Counted from the whole stretch's first letter, positions 35,066 through 48,428 are shown. The stretch: DNA of 63,988 bases, filler included, from Stramenopiles sp. TOSAG23-6 (GCA_900128565.1; 7 parts of 7 records of this genome joined end to end with filler, not necessarily neighbours in it); one strand, 5' to 3'. Notes: generated from the sequence alone by a model not told the origin. Numbers and translations: made by a program.

Positions 35066-37230
35066 ATGCAGTCATCTGCATTTGCTAGGAGCCTCAACTA
35101 CAACTTACTTCATGCTTGCTCGGAAAGTTACTACTCTTCTTCACCTCGAGAGTCAAATATGATATCAAGTTCCCCTGAAAGGAGTAGATTGACGACACCA
35201 CCAAAAGTGTATGCTCCATATCCGTCTTCCAACCAAATTGATACAAACGATCATAACAATGGAAAAGTATCCACTAATTCTGAGCAGATAAATCCAAAAC
35301 ACGCGCCTTTCCAAATTCCGTTGAGTGCTATTAAATCTAGTGAAAATGGAGTTGTAATAAATAAAAATAATGAGACATCAAACTCTGTGATACATACTCT
35401 CGGTGTTGAGTTCGTTGCTCTTTGCGGTTCTTCAAATGAAAGTTCTTCTGGGCGACTCAACAAGGTTTTTAATGATATGTGTTCTAGATTGGTTCTTAGG
35501 GGTAACTCACCGGCAAAATCAACTTTAATGGTATCAACTTTGGAACTAGAAAAAAGTGGTTGGTTAATTGGCTTATTTGACGCAGTTATTAAACATAGTA
35601 AAGTTATCCACCGCAGTAACTCAATTGATAACAAAATGAATTTGCTAATAATTGTTCTTGCACGATGTGCGCAAATTAGTCATACTGTAGCTGAGCTAAT
35701 TTGTATATATCCCAACTCTAAAGATTTAGTTCGTGTTTTATTACGGCTACTTGCAAAAGTCGAAAAAGGCGAAAAGGGAACGACTACTGATATGAACACT
35801 CAGACTGTAGCCTGCGCCCTCGCTACGTTAATGACTTTACGACTTGATAGTAATGTGGAAGCTCGTTTGTTTGCTGATGCGAATGTTCTGCAGATGTGGC
35901 ATCTTGTGTATAATATATTTAAACAGAGAATTTCTACTGACTTGTTTAGTGATCCCTATACACCTAACCCTAATATATTTAACTCTAACGCGATGAAAAA
36001 TTATAGAGTTTTTTATGTCAAACTCATTAGTGCTTCTATGGTATGCAAGATGATTAAAAATCCACGTTTACTTCAGAGTTTAGAAAACTTGTCGTATATA
36101 GAAAAATTCACGACGCATCTACTTCATAGTATTAGCCAATATAAAGGTATAAAAAAAGATATTGAAAATCAAAAACGTGTGAATTATTTAGGCATGAAAT
36201 TTGGTACGGATTCAATTGATAATAAGATAACTGTCTCCGATAGAGTTGAAAGTGTTCGTTGGTTAATTGCACTTCCAAATATTTTATTACTGGGCGCAAT
36301 GATTACAATTTCTCCAAAAATTACACGACATGCATTGAAACGTTGGAAAGGTGTAGATCTGAATCAAAAAGAAAATCTATGTGACTCTTTATTGTCAGTT
36401 GCTGCTGGTGCAGATACTGCAAGTGTTGTGTTTATGTCAATTACTGTCTTTACTAGTGTTGGAACCACCGATAGAGCTGATACGAATTCATGTACTTTCT
36501 TCGAAATTGAATTTTTTACTTATATATATATATATATATATATGTGTGTACGAAAGTTTGTACCTAACAATTTTATTTTTACTATTTCTTCACGATGCAT
36601 CTGTATGGAAAGAATCGGCTATTTTATTGTCATCTGAAGCACTTTTGATTATTAGATCATTGTTTATATACGATTGTGTACCTCTTTCTTTAGGTATGGA
36701 ATCTAATACGAAATTATCATCTGAAAGTTCTACAACTAAAAAAGTCAATGATTGGAATTTATGTACAAATACAAATATGACTGGAAATGGGAATTTGTCG
36801 GGCCAACTTTCTAATAGAATGTTTAAAAATCGCGATATGCTGAGAAATTACTCTTGTATTGGGGATGCAGGTAGACATTTGGAATCATCAAAAAAAAGTA
36901 ATAGAAATATTTACAATAATGGGAAAATGAATAATAAAAAATGGTCTGAATCTTTTGCTAAAAAACTCGCTATAGCCATAGCTGGTATAAAAATGGTGAC
37001 AAATACAAATGAAAACCAACATCATCATCAACAACAACAAGCAAATACATCGGGGGTTTTAGATACGGAAACAAAAATGGAATTAAATGGATTGGTAAAT
37101 ATCTCTGTACTTGCCAGGCAGCTACAGACATTTGGTATTTTATTAGTCTCTTGTTTTCAAATTCCTCGAGTGAATTCCCTAATATCATATCACATTTCCC
37201 CTAACATCATCAGTGGTGTAATTAAAAACT
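35066..37230 (+). CDS. Hypothetical protein, 3' truncated; family introns 36492-36600 and from 37231
   Basis: ORFs 35066..36637 and 36381..37277 are joined in frame by removing the insert. Confidence 0.7.
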
Positions 37231-37470
37231 GTATGAATGTTTTATTTTTTTTCAAATTCGAACTTTTTTTTTTATAAAAATTTTGTACCTAACGATTTTT
37301 TTTTGAAATATTTTTCCANNNNNNNNNNNNNNNNNNNNNNNNNNNNNNNNNNNNNNNNNNNNTTAATTAATTAANNNNNNNNNNNNNNNNNNNNNNNNNN
37401 NNNNNNNNNNNNNNNNNNGTACCTAACAATTTTTTTTAGATTTTTTTTGAAATATTTTTCCAAAATACAT

Positions 37471-39797
37471 GGAACTTATAAGGAAGGTGATTTCTCATTG
37501 ATTCAATTGCATCATTCGGCATCTACTGACACGAAATCATCCACTCTACATTCAAATATTTCAATTGATCGTTCACCATCTTTGACTACAACATCAGAAC
37601 ATAAAAATGTATGTTTTATTTTTTTTTTCGTATGAATTTTTTTTTCGTACGAAATTTTGTACCTAACAATTTTAAGTTTTTTTTTTTTGAAATATTTTTC
37701 CAAAATATATGTAATATTGAAAAGAAATGTATCAAGATCACCTTTATCAACTGTGTGTCCTAATAATAGTATACGACAAGATATGCGTACCCCTAACCAT
37801 AATAAAAATAACAACCCTAACCCTAAACATCTTAGAGTCCAAGCAGAGAAAACAGATTTTTCTCCTATAAATACTCCACAAGTGAATTATTCTAGCCCAA
37901 ACGACTCGTCTATAGAAAAAACATCGCATAAGAAATTAGTATTTGTCGAAAATGCCTCGGAATTTTCTGAAGGAAGAAAAATAAAAACATTAAAAGACGT
38001 CTGGCCTTTACCATCGATGGGATGTACATTTCAATTTCGAATGTTTTTTTTTTTGGTACGAAATTTTGTACCTAACAAAATTTTAATTTTTTTTTTGAAA
38101 TATTTTTTTTTTCGTATGAAATTTTGTACCTAACAAACTTTAATTTTTTTTAAATATTCATTTACAATACTTGGTCACAAGAAACAATTGATGAAATTGA
38201 ACGTTGTACGTTTTCATTATGAATTTCATTTTTTTTTTTTTTTTGGTTTTCGTACGAAATTTTNTACCTAACAAATTTCGAATTTAATTTGTTTTCTAAT
38301 ACATGTATTTCTGGTATTTGGACTGGTCAAAGTTTGAGGTCAACGGAAGCAAATGCAACGAATTGGAATGATATTGCCTTTCGATTTACAGTGGATAATC
38401 CTATGACGGGTACATCATCAATGACTGGCGAGGGTGTGTCATTGTGGAGAGGTCAAAAAATAGATTTTGATATTATTGGTAGAAGCATGTATGTTTTATT
38501 TTTTTTCAATTTCGAATTTATTTTTCGTATGAAATTTTGTACCTAACAATTTTTTTTGAAATTTTTTTTTCAAATTTTTTTCCAAAATACATACTAGACA
38601 CAAATATATTGACGCTACAGAAGCAACACAAAGGTAAGTTTAATAATGTCATAAAATATACAGCTGCATTTGAGTTTCAAGTATTTAACATTGATGAATC
38701 AATTCATCCAGGAGAAAATATGAAAACTGGAATTGGTTGCAGGATTCGGGGTTTTTATGTACGTTTTTATTATGAATTTCAAATTTATTAATTTTTTCAT
38801 ACGAAATTTTGTACCTGAACAATTTTTTTTCATTTNTTTTACTAAAAACAAAATATTTTTCACACTACATGGAGCTGATCAAAAAGGTTATTTATATTTG
38901 CAAAAAGAAAAAAANGCNACTGCGAATGTNGATAACTTGCTGGCAGGGTTAACACCAATGACATCAAAGAGGTCAAGAGAGAGTTTCTCATTTTCATCTG
39001 GAAAAATAACAACTCTTAAAAGTCGTTCAAGAAGTGTCTTACATAGTATTATTAATGATTCTGATAAAAAGGAATGCAAAAGATCAAATGTGGATGACCA
39101 AAATTTTGATGATTCTGAAAATATTGTTATGAGTAATCACCACAATGATGAAGTGGCTAGTACTAGTACTAATATTTCTAGTAGAAAACGGAAAAGAAGT
39201 AGTAGAGATAGTAGATTATCACACTATAAGAATTTTTTAGCAGGAATTATAGTTAGTGGAATTATTGGGCCTCAAGCTGAAGATGTACGTTTTCATCATG
39301 AATTTCAATTTTTTTTTTTCATACGAAATTTCATACCTAACAAGTATTTTTTTAACTAAAAAAAAATCTATTTTTTTACAATACATGCTTTACGTAAATT
39401 CCGACAAACAAATAATATTAAAGATGTAGAACATAATAAAGCATTAGAATCTATGGGACTCTCAAAATCTCAGTTTAATATGTATGTTTTATTTTTTTTT
39501 TGTATGATTTTTTTTCGTACGAAATTTTGTACCTAACGATTTTTGTTTTGAAATATTTTTCCAAAATACATGATGCATACTTCATTGAATAATGGTAATC
39601 CTATTTCCTCTGATAGAAATAGTTCGAATGATATATGTAAAATATGTATGGAAAAACCTATTAACTCTGTTATTTTAAATTGTATGCATTTTGCTGTGTG
39701 TTTGACGTGTGGAGACAAATTATTAGAAACAACAACACCTAAATGTCCTTTTTGTCGGCAGAATATTTCCAAGATTCAGCCAGTGTTTCGTTCATAA
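37471..39797 (+). CDS. 3' part of a C3HC4 RING-finger protein; seven family introns (37609-37710, 38024-38172, 38206-38304, 38489-38592, 38759-38870, 39285-39386, 39482-39571)
   Basis: All exons join in one frame under the same boundary rule; C-terminal CKICMEKPINSVILNCMHFAVCLTCG...CPFCR. Confidence 0.8.
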
Positions 39798-39951
39798 TAA
39801 ACTTATTTTAGATTAAAGGGTTGTGGATATAACATTTTATTTTTGTTCTCTCTCTCGACTTCTGTTGTATGTACACCATCAGGTTTGTTCCTAAAAATAG
39901 AAAAAAAATCCAGTTCCCGCTTTTATTTATAGTATATACAAAATTTCAATT

Positions 39952-41235
39952 CTATGCTGCGTAATACATTTTTCTGATTAACTTTCCACATTTTGCAATC
40001 ACATGGTTACGTTTTTTATAAATAATAGTACCCATCCAAGTTGCTTGAACTTTCACCACTTTTGTATGTTTTAATGCTGCAAAAAGTGTAGGTTTGTTTT
40101 GATTAACATTAACACCACAACCAAGTTGACCATATGTTCCATTTCCCCATGTGTATACAGTACGATTTTTTTTTTTATTTTTTTTATTTTTTTTTAGTAA
40201 TGCAACAGTGTGGTATGCACCAGCTGATATTTGCTTTACTTCATCTGGTAAATTTGCAACAAGTTTAGGTGTGAGTTGATTTGCTGTATCACCATGACCA
40301 AGTTGACCATAATTTCCATATCCCCATGTGTATACAGTACCATCTTCAAGTAATGCAATAGTGTGGTATGCACCAGCTGATATTTGCTTTACTTTTTTAT
40401 CCTTTAATTCTTCAACAAGTTTAGGTATTTGTTGATTGTTTTTATCACCATGACCAAGTTGACCATTATGTCCACTTCTCCATGTGTATACAGTACCATC
40501 TTCAAGTAATGCAACAGTGTGAGCCTCATGTTGCAATGGGGTACCTCCAAGTATGTGAGCCACAGTGACGTCAGCACCAGCATCAAGACGGTTTTGAACA
40601 ACTCCAACGTGACCATACGATGAAGCACCAGTTAATATTTGCTTTACGTTTTTACCCTTGAATTCTTCAACAAGTTTAGGTATTGGTTGATATTCTGTGC
40701 TTCCCCATTGACCCCATGCGTAAACAGTATCATTTATTAAAGCAACAAAATATGCAGTATCTGTAGATAAACTACCAAGATTAGATACATAATTTCCCAC
40801 TGGAATTAAATTCAGTTTTTTACTTTCAAATATTTCTGTCGCTTCCCGTTCAATACGAGAGTACCAGTTATTTGCAGACACGTTTTTTCCTTTCGTTTCA
40901 ATTGTTGTTTCTTCTGGAATAAAGTCAAGTGATTTCATTAGATTTATCACTTGCATAATATGAAAATGCACTTTTTCTGTACGTGTTATGAGTTCTGCTT
41001 CAACTACGCTCTGCAGACCCCGTGAAACAGAAGCCAAACTGAACAAATTCTTCTTGGAAAAAAAGTTTCGAAGTTCCTGGACCACCTCTGCGGCCTTATN
41101 AAGTCCTGGCGCTGGTGATCTGTTTCTTAGTGCAGGTGCCACATGTGTTTTTGTTGTTGCTGTTGCTGCTGCATTGACATGTAATACATATTGAGATGAA
41201 AGTATTAGTGAAATTAATAATATCAGATTGACCAT
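39952..41235 (-). CDS. RCC1-repeat protein with N-terminal signal peptide
   Basis: Repeats VKQISAGAYHTIALLEDGTVYTWGYGNYGQLGHG; N-terminus MVNLILLISLILSSQYVLHVNA. Confidence 0.85.
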   Translation of the reverse strand: MVNLILLISLILSSQYVLHVNAAATATTKTHVAPALRNRSPAPGLXKAAEVVQELRNFFSKKNLFSLASVSRGLQSVVEAELITRTEKVHFHIMQVINLMKSLDFIPEETTIETKGKNVSANNWYSRIEREATEIFESKKLNLIPVGNYVSNLGSLSTDTAYFVALINDTVYAWGQWGSTEYQPIPKLVEEFKGKNVKQILTGASSYGHVGVVQNRLDAGADVTVAHILGGTPLQHEAHTVALLEDGTVYTWRSGHNGQLGHGDKNNQQIPKLVEELKDKKVKQISAGAYHTIALLEDGTVYTWGYGNYGQLGHGDTANQLTPKLVANLPDEVKQISAGAYHTVALLKKNKKNKKKNRTVYTWGNGTYGQLGCGVNVNQNKPTLFAALKHTKVVKVQATWMGTIIYKKRNHVIAKCGKLIRKMYYAA

Positions 41236-41671
41236 TTTGTTTTGTTTTACGTTTTGCTTTTTATTTACAAAATGATGCGCCACAATCGATTTTTCATTGG
41301 AAAGGACAGTCAGCTGACCAATATTTTAACTAGGGAATTTTATACCAAAACAAAGGCTAGTTCCTGGCGATTTATACATGAGCAGGTCTGTCTGTTCACA
41401 TCAAAAAAAATTACCTGCCTGATTTAGATTTGAGATTTCAGAATTCAGAGCTTTTTCAGATAAGATTCTTCTGTAGTAGTAGCTACGCGAAGGAATTGAG
41501 TGTTATTTTGTATTTTACTGACATCATTGTCACATCTGTATAACATCATCAAAGTAGAGTTGCTGCTTTGTTGTTGTATTTTTTTCTTTTGAATTATTGA
41601 AGTACGCGTAACCTTGCATCTTGAAGTATTTGGATATTTTAATTGGTTTAGAAAGGACTTTACTATCTATA

Positions 41672-42814
41672 ATGGTTGGGCATGACCGAACAACTGAGTT
41701 CCTGACAGTAACAGAGTCACTAAAGAAATCAGCATCAAAAACAAGCTCGGCAAATGATACTGTAGAATCAAAAAAATCTCTTAAAGGAAATACTACGCAG
41801 CAATCTCGTTTTGCTCAGCAAGCAAGTTTGATTGGTAAGGAAATACATGCCACAAGTATCAAACTGTCTCGGCTTGCAGATAGTATTAGATGTTCAAGTG
41901 GTCTTTTCAATGATTCATCTGATGAAATTAATCGATTGACATTTTCTGTCAAGGGTGATATTAATCGATTGAATGCACGATTAGAAAGTTTACAGGGAGT
42001 TTTGGAAGAAAATTCTAAAAATAAAACTAGAGCGAAGCACAACCGCAGTGTGATGGGACAACTACAAAAAAGTTTGATGCAAACAACAAAAGGTTTTGGT
42101 TCTGTATTACAACAAAGAAGTAAAACCATGAAAGAACGCTCTACGCGAAGAGGTCGCTTCGGGCAAACCCAAAGAATGAACCCGCTTGGTAAACCAGGAA
42201 ATTTTGGTCGAAACTCCTTCAATATTGGTGGTAATGGTATTGGTGCTGGTGCTGGTTCAACTGGCGAGTCGTCTTCTAGCTCTACTCTCAGCCTAAATAA
42301 TAATAATAATAATAATAATAATAGATTGACTCGAATCAATTCGCCTGGGGCTGCGAAAAAACATTTTGGTGGGTTTAAGACGGATCATTTCCCACAAAAT
42401 CATAGAAACAGCATTGGCCACGAAAATAAAGAAACTTCATCGCTTTTAGGAAATTCGAGTAGAAATTCTGTAGACCTTGAAGGAGGTGGACAGTCATTTG
42501 GCTTAACTCAAAGAAGGCTTTTAGTGAATGGTGAGTCATATCTGACACAAAGAGCAGATGCGATGGTTAATGTAGAAAAGCACATTTCTGATTTAGGAAG
42601 AGTTTTCAACAAGCTATCGAGTATGATTGCAGAGTCTCGTGAAACAATTGATCGAATCGATGATAACGTTGATGAGACATATATGAATGTTCAACATGGG
42701 CATAATGAACTTATGAAATATTTTGAAAGTATTAGTAGCAACAGGATGCTCATTGGGAAGATCTTTTTTATCCTTTTGTCATTTATTATATTTTTTATTA
42801 CTTTTATGGTTTAA
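41672..42814 (+). CDS. STX5: Syntaxin-5 / Sed5 Qa-SNARE
   Basis: DRTTEF N-peptide, SRFAQQASLIG, LFND..EI..LT..VK.DI, a SNARE motif and a C-terminal TM segment. Confidence 0.92.
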   Translation: MVGHDRTTEFLTVTESLKKSASKTSSANDTVESKKSLKGNTTQQSRFAQQASLIGKEIHATSIKLSRLADSIRCSSGLFNDSSDEINRLTFSVKGDINRLNARLESLQGVLEENSKNKTRAKHNRSVMGQLQKSLMQTTKGFGSVLQQRSKTMKERSTRRGRFGQTQRMNPLGKPGNFGRNSFNIGGNGIGAGAGSTGESSSSSTLSLNNNNNNNNNRLTRINSPGAAKKHFGGFKTDHFPQNHRNSIGHENKETSSLLGNSSRNSVDLEGGGQSFGLTQRRLLVNGESYLTQRADAMVNVEKHISDLGRVFNKLSSMIAESRETIDRIDDNVDETYMNVQHGHNELMKYFESISSNRMLIGKIFFILLSFIIFFITFMV

Positions 42815-43088
42815 AAAAGTAAATTATTATAAATCCTTTTTTTTATGGTTTGAAATAAATTAATATTTCTCTCAAGAAAGGAGATGCGTGAACGACCAGG
42901 CCTATGGTGTATTATATAAGAAGACTCCAAGTTGTATTAGGGCGAATTAGGGTTAGGGGAATATGAAGTATTAGGGGGTAGCAAAAAATTAAAACCATAT
43001 ATTTCCAAAAATTATTGGCCAGTAGAAGACTACGAATAGTACTACCTCTATCTAATACATGGTGTGTGTGTGCTACAATAAAAGAAAC

Positions 43089-44508
43089 ATGTTTTCGAAT
43101 ATAATTAGAGCATTCACACGTCCAAGTCATTTAATCGCAATCCGCCGTTTATCCACGGCCAAAAGTGAGATCTACCACAAACAAAACCTTCGTCGAATCA
43201 GCGAAGCAAAACTAGCCCACGCAAAAGCTTTGCAATTATTTTCCAACGGTGATGAAAAGGGAGGTGTTTCTTGTTTAGAGAACGCTTTATCTTTAGATTC
43301 GAACTTTTCAAAGGCTCGTTCAACACTAGGGATACATCTCGTTAGCACAGGTGACCGTTCTAGAGGAGAGGCTTTATTACAGGAATCAGTTGCACGCGAC
43401 TCAAGTGCCCCGGGTGCTTGGATTGAATTAGGTAGAGGCCTTATTTTACTACAGGAGAACGCTGAGGGCGCAAAAGCATTAGCGCGTGGGATTGAATTAT
43501 ATGAAATGGATATCTGTAATAATAAATCTCTCTCCTCTGTGTACGCCGACATAACGATGGGAGAAGGAACGGATCCTTTTTATTTTTCAACGGGACTGCC
43601 AGATGGAGTTCTGAGTGCTCAAAGATTGGTTTGTGGTAGTAGCTTTCTTCGGGCAGCTCTTGAAGTCGAAAAAGGATCTTTATCGTACTTTGATGAATCT
43701 GGTCATTCTGGTGGGGAATATATTAATGCCGCTATAAAGAATTTTTCTTCAGTTTTAGAAAACAACGAAGGCATTCCACTGGAGAGTAAACCAGTTATCG
43801 ATAAAAAGTCTATCGGATTGACTCACTCTCTACTAGGGTTCTCTTTGTTTTCAAGTAACCCAGGCGGTACCAAAGACAACCAGCCTTTAGAAAATATCAG
43901 TGGTGGTAATGCATCATTTCATTTCCAACAGGCTACAAAAGTTTGCGATAGTGATGATGAAGCTTTATTTACTGGTGTCTCTGTCATGGCGCATTCTTTG
44001 ATGACCCAAATCGATGTACGTTTTATTTTTTTTCGATTTCAAATTTATTTTTTTATAGGAAATTTTGTACCTAACATTTTTTTTTTGAAATATTTTTCCA
44101 AAATACATGTAATCTCAGGACAAGATTTTTGGAAAACCAATGAAGTTGGTGGAGAAGTAGGTGAAGCCAATGCAAAACTTAAAGAACAACTTATATCAAA
44201 TTTGGATCCTTCAGTGGTAGATAATAAAGTATCGGAAACTACAATTATTGAAGCAGTACATGCTTTTGGAATAAATGTAATCGGTGCCTTACTGGGTGGT
44301 GTAGCACCTCATGATGTATGTTGTATTTTTTTTCAATTTCGAATTTATTTTTTTATAAAAATTTTGTACCTAACAAAAACAATTACAAAAACAAAATTTC
44401 ACAATACATGGATCGTGGAGTATTGCAGAGTTAAACCAAGAAGTGGGTGATTTTGCAAAGGCATTTACAAAGAAAGATGCTAATAAAACTTATCAGTTAG
44501 AAGAATGA
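43089..44508 (+). CDS. TPR-like protein with putative mitochondrial presequence; family introns 44016-44108, 44316-44409
   Basis: MFSNIIRAFTRPSHLIAIRRLST presequence, TPR-like helices, in-frame splicing. Confidence 0.65.
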
Positions 44509-44783
44509 AAGAAATTCTATATGTAAAACACAAGCCTTTGAAATCTGTATAATAATCTCTACTACCTCTTTGAGCTACAATGTAAAAAATAATAATCTTT
44601 GTATTTTGTATTTTTATTCAATGTGAAGAATAAATCCTAAGGTAAATATTCTCCCGTGAAAACTTTATGTAAAAATTTACTATTACTGACTTTAAATTAT
44701 AGTTTTAGTTTAATTTCGAAAAAAGGGTATATCTTTTTTCTACTGTGTATGCAAATGCTTACAATGCTTCGTACGCATTACTC

Positions 44784-46632
44784 TTACCACAGAGGTTTTT
44801 GTCTTATTTGCTCTGATTCAGACGCATCATATGAATCATTACGACATGGATCATAAGATGATGATATTGACCGATCTCGATCCCGACTAGGAAAGGCAGA
44901 TAAAGATGAAGTTAATACAGGTGGCAATCCACCATTACTAGCATCGAAAGCATTAGCATCATTTAACCCAGTCGAATTAGAATGCAAGGCTGGGGGTTGT
45001 AATAGTCCTGTAACATTGGAAGTTTCATTCACTGGTTTCGGTTTCAGTCCGTCGACGGCATGCTGCTGAACAGATTTAGCTTCATCTAACATGTGTTCAT
45101 TGGTCAGCAAATCAATGAAGGGTTGTAAAAGCCCATCAATAATTTCTACACCAGCTCCATCGCGAGATGATGATGTTCGTGGGGTCATCCGAGCCATATG
45201 ACCAAATATTTCATATGCATCCGACGCTCTTTGGCTTTCAACTAGACGATTTAATAGCATATTGAAGGCCATGCCATCAGGTAATAAGCCTTTTTTTACC
45301 ATCATTAAGAAAATTTCCTTGGCCTTAATCACGAATCGATCGTCGCGACTGTGATGACTAAAGGACTGAATCAAACATGAATAAGCACGAACGTCAGGTT
45401 GAAAGCCGGATGACGTCATTGTGTCGAAAACTCCTTCTGCTTCTTCAACTAAACTATCTTGTACCAATCCATGAATGAGTGAATTTAAACTGACAATATC
45501 TGGTTGTACACCAGCTTCAGTCATGGATAAATACACTGCATGTGCTTCAGCTGACATTCCTTTTTGTTTGGATAAGCCTTGAATGAGAGTATTGACGGTT
45601 ACAAATTCTGGTTGCATACCTACATCTAACATGTTTCTAAATAAATTCATTGCTTCACCAAATTGATTGTTATGAGCCATTGCAAACATTAGAGAGTTGT
45701 ATGAAATCATATTAGGTCGAAGGCCAGCCATCTGCATTGCGTTGAGTACTTCTTTAGCCTCTAAAGCAAGTCCATTTTGAGCCATTACGTGTATTAAAGA
45801 GTTATAAGTGATTTCATCTGGTTTCAAATTGGATCTAACCATCGAGTCAAAAAAGTTCTTTCGCCTCTGACACCATACCTTTATGTGCCATTGCATTGAG
45901 TAGAGTATTATACGTAATAAGATCAGGACGGAGATCGAGGTCAGATTCCATCATTGCGTCAAACACTCCTTTCGCTTCTGCCGCGAGACCTTTTTGGGNN
46001 NNNNNNNNNNNNNNNNNNNNNNNNNNNNNNNNNNNNNNNNNNNNNNNNNNNNNNNNNNNNNNNNNNNNNNNNNNNNNNNNNNNNNNNNNNNNNNNNNNNN
46101 NNNNNNNNNNNNNNNNNNNNNNNNNNNNNNNNNNNNNNNNNNNNNNNNNNNNNNNNNNNNNNNNNNNNNNNNNNNNNNNNNNTGAGCCATCGCATTGACT
46201 AAAGACGAATATGCTATAATATTTGGCCGAATACCTGATGATAACATTTGTTGAAACACAGCCTCTGCTGCACGTCCCATTTTCTTTTGTGCCATTGCAT
46301 GCATTAAGGACGTATACGCAACAATATCTGGACGATAACCTGCAGCTTGCATCTCATCAAATATGTATTTTGGAAAAATATTTCAAAAACAATNNNNNNN
46401 NNNNNNNNNNNNNNNNNNNNNTGAGCCATCGCATTGACTAAAGACGAATATGCTATAATATTTGGCCGAATACCTGATGATAACATTTGTTGAAACACAG
46501 CCTCTGCTGCACGTCCCATTTTCTTTTGTGCCATTGCATGCATTAAGGACGTATACGCAACAATATCTGGACGATAACCTGCAGCTTGCATCTCATCAAA
46601 TATGTATTTTGGAAAAATATTTCAAAAACAAT
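44784..46632 (-). CDS. Pentatricopeptide repeat protein, 5' truncated, gapped
   Basis: Repeated 35-aa PD..TYNSLI units. There is a homopolymer frameshift at ~45850 and an assembly duplicate (46184-46393 = 46423-46632). Confidence 0.85.
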
Positions 46633-46804
46633 NNNNNNNNNNNNNNNNNNNNNNNNNNNNNNNNNNNNNNNNNNNNTTAATTAATTAANNNNNNNNNNNN
46701 NNNNNNNNNNNNNNNNNNNNNNNNNNNNNNNNTTTTTTTTTTTATAAAAATTTTGTACCTAACAAATTTTCAAAAAAAAATTGAAATATTTTTCCAAAAT
46801 ACGT

Positions 46805-47426
46805 TATCATATTGTCTCAGTGTGTCAGGATAATATATTGAGATGTTATTCTGGTGATGAACTTCGACAAATTGGCGGTCATTCAAAAAAAATTGTACGT
46901 GTTCACTTTTCACCATTAAGTTCAAAGTTGTATCACTATATATGAATTTCAAAGGCAATTTTAAATTTTGTATATAGATATTTTTAAATTTTGTACCTAA
47001 CGAATTTTTTTGAACCAAAAAAACAAAAAAAACAAAAAATATTTTTCACAAAATATGTGAAACCGTTTTATGCACCACGACATGATTGTCGAACAGGGAG
47101 ATGGTTGACAAAGTTCCAAGCCCGTTGGGATCCACAATCTCCTGATTGTTTTATTATTGGAAGTATGAGTCAACCAATACGTTTTCATCATGAATTTTTT
47201 TTTTTTTTTTGTAGTAATTTTTGTACCTAACAAAAAAAAACAATTTTTCAAATATTTTTTCTCAGTGTCTAGGTGTGTTGAAATTTTCAATGTTCGATGT
47301 AAACAAAAGCAAATGCGTATTCGAGATGACTACGTCGCATCTGTTCAATCACTTACTGAATATCATTCTTCTAGAAATATATTAGCGACAGCTAATTCAT
47401 CTGGTCGTGTTTATATATGGAAGTAA
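46805..47426 (+). CDS. 3' part of WD40 protein, WDR76/Cmr1-like; family introns 46895-47056, 47177-47270
   Basis: HDCRTGRWLTKFQARWDP...IGSMSQP|RCVEIF...LATANSSGRVYIW. Confidence 0.8.
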
Positions 47427-47579
47427 ATTAATAAATTAGGATTAATATTTTTTCATTTTTTTTTCTGATCGGTGGTATCGGTGGTATGTATCGGCGGTAT
47501 TTGGAAAATTCGAATTTCAAATTCAATTTCCAGTACATGCACATAGGACCTATATATACACATTCGAAATCGTAAACCC

Positions 47580-48428
47580 ATGGGAATGTATTCAATGTAC
47601 TTGCATTTTTTTCTCTTTGGCACGACTTTTCATTTGAGTTTTGCACGAGAGGTAAAATCTATGGATCCTTTGTCAGAGTTGACAATGTTACCTTCCGAAG
47701 TTTTAAATATGCAGCAACAGCAAAGGCATTTTCGCGGACTTTCAAAAAGAGAGCAAGAAGATTCAAAAAGGGAAGAAATATTTTCAAACATTTGGCTCAA
47801 TAACTCATGGGGATCAAAGGAATCTAGGAGTGGCCCCGGTTCTACCGTAAAGTATACGACCAATACAAGATTATTCCTGAGCAACTTTATCAAGAAATAC
47901 AAAATTAGAAGTGTATTAGATGCTGCATGTGGTGCAATGACTTGGCAAGAATATATTCCAGGTATTGATACAATCGATTTTACAGGAATGGATATTGTTT
48001 TATCTGCAATTGAAAAACACAAAGTTACATTCAAAAATAATAAAAACTGGCGTTTCATTCAAGGAGATATTACAGATAGCAAACTACCAGATGCAGATAT
48101 AATAATAGCTCGAGATGTGCTTTTTCATTTACCATTAGGAGAAGTGAAAAAAGCTATTACCAATTTCAATAGTACAAATGCGAAGTATCTAGTAACAACG
48201 TCTTTTGAGATGGTGAATGGTAAGGAAAATACTGAAATTCGTGCAGGAAATTGGCACTTTTTATACTTGGAAAAAAAACCTTTCGATTTCCCCCCTCCAA
48301 TGGAGAAAGTCATTGAGGAAAAAAATACTGAATATACAAAATATCTAGGAGTATGGAAATTACCCATTATTGAAAAAAAAATAACAACCAGAACAACCAC
48401 AATGTTCACGCCGTCGATCCCGCTATAA
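47580..48428 (+). CDS. Class I SAM-dependent methyltransferase with signal peptide
   Basis: F..IW..N.WG..ES.SGPGS, SVLDAACG, GMDIV, DIIIARDVLFHL. Confidence 0.85.
   Translation: MGMYSMYLHFFLFGTTFHLSFAREVKSMDPLSELTMLPSEVLNMQQQQRHFRGLSKREQEDSKREEIFSNIWLNNSWGSKESRSGPGSTVKYTTNTRLFLSNFIKKYKIRSVLDAACGAMTWQEYIPGIDTIDFTGMDIVLSAIEKHKVTFKNNKNWRFIQGDITDSKLPDADIIIARDVLFHLPLGEVKKAITNFNSTNAKYLVTTSFEMVNGKENTEIRAGNWHFLYLEKKPFDFPPPMEKVIEEKNTEYTKYLGVWKLPIIEKKITTRTTTMFTPSIPL

Noticed and set aside
37419-39571. CRISPR-like repeat-spacer array
   Set aside because: The repeats are variable-length introns and the spacers are in-frame exons; no cas genes are present.
46184-46632. Exact 210-bp exon duplication in the PPR gene
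   Set aside because: The identical copies are each bounded by N gaps, indicating a scaffolding artefact.
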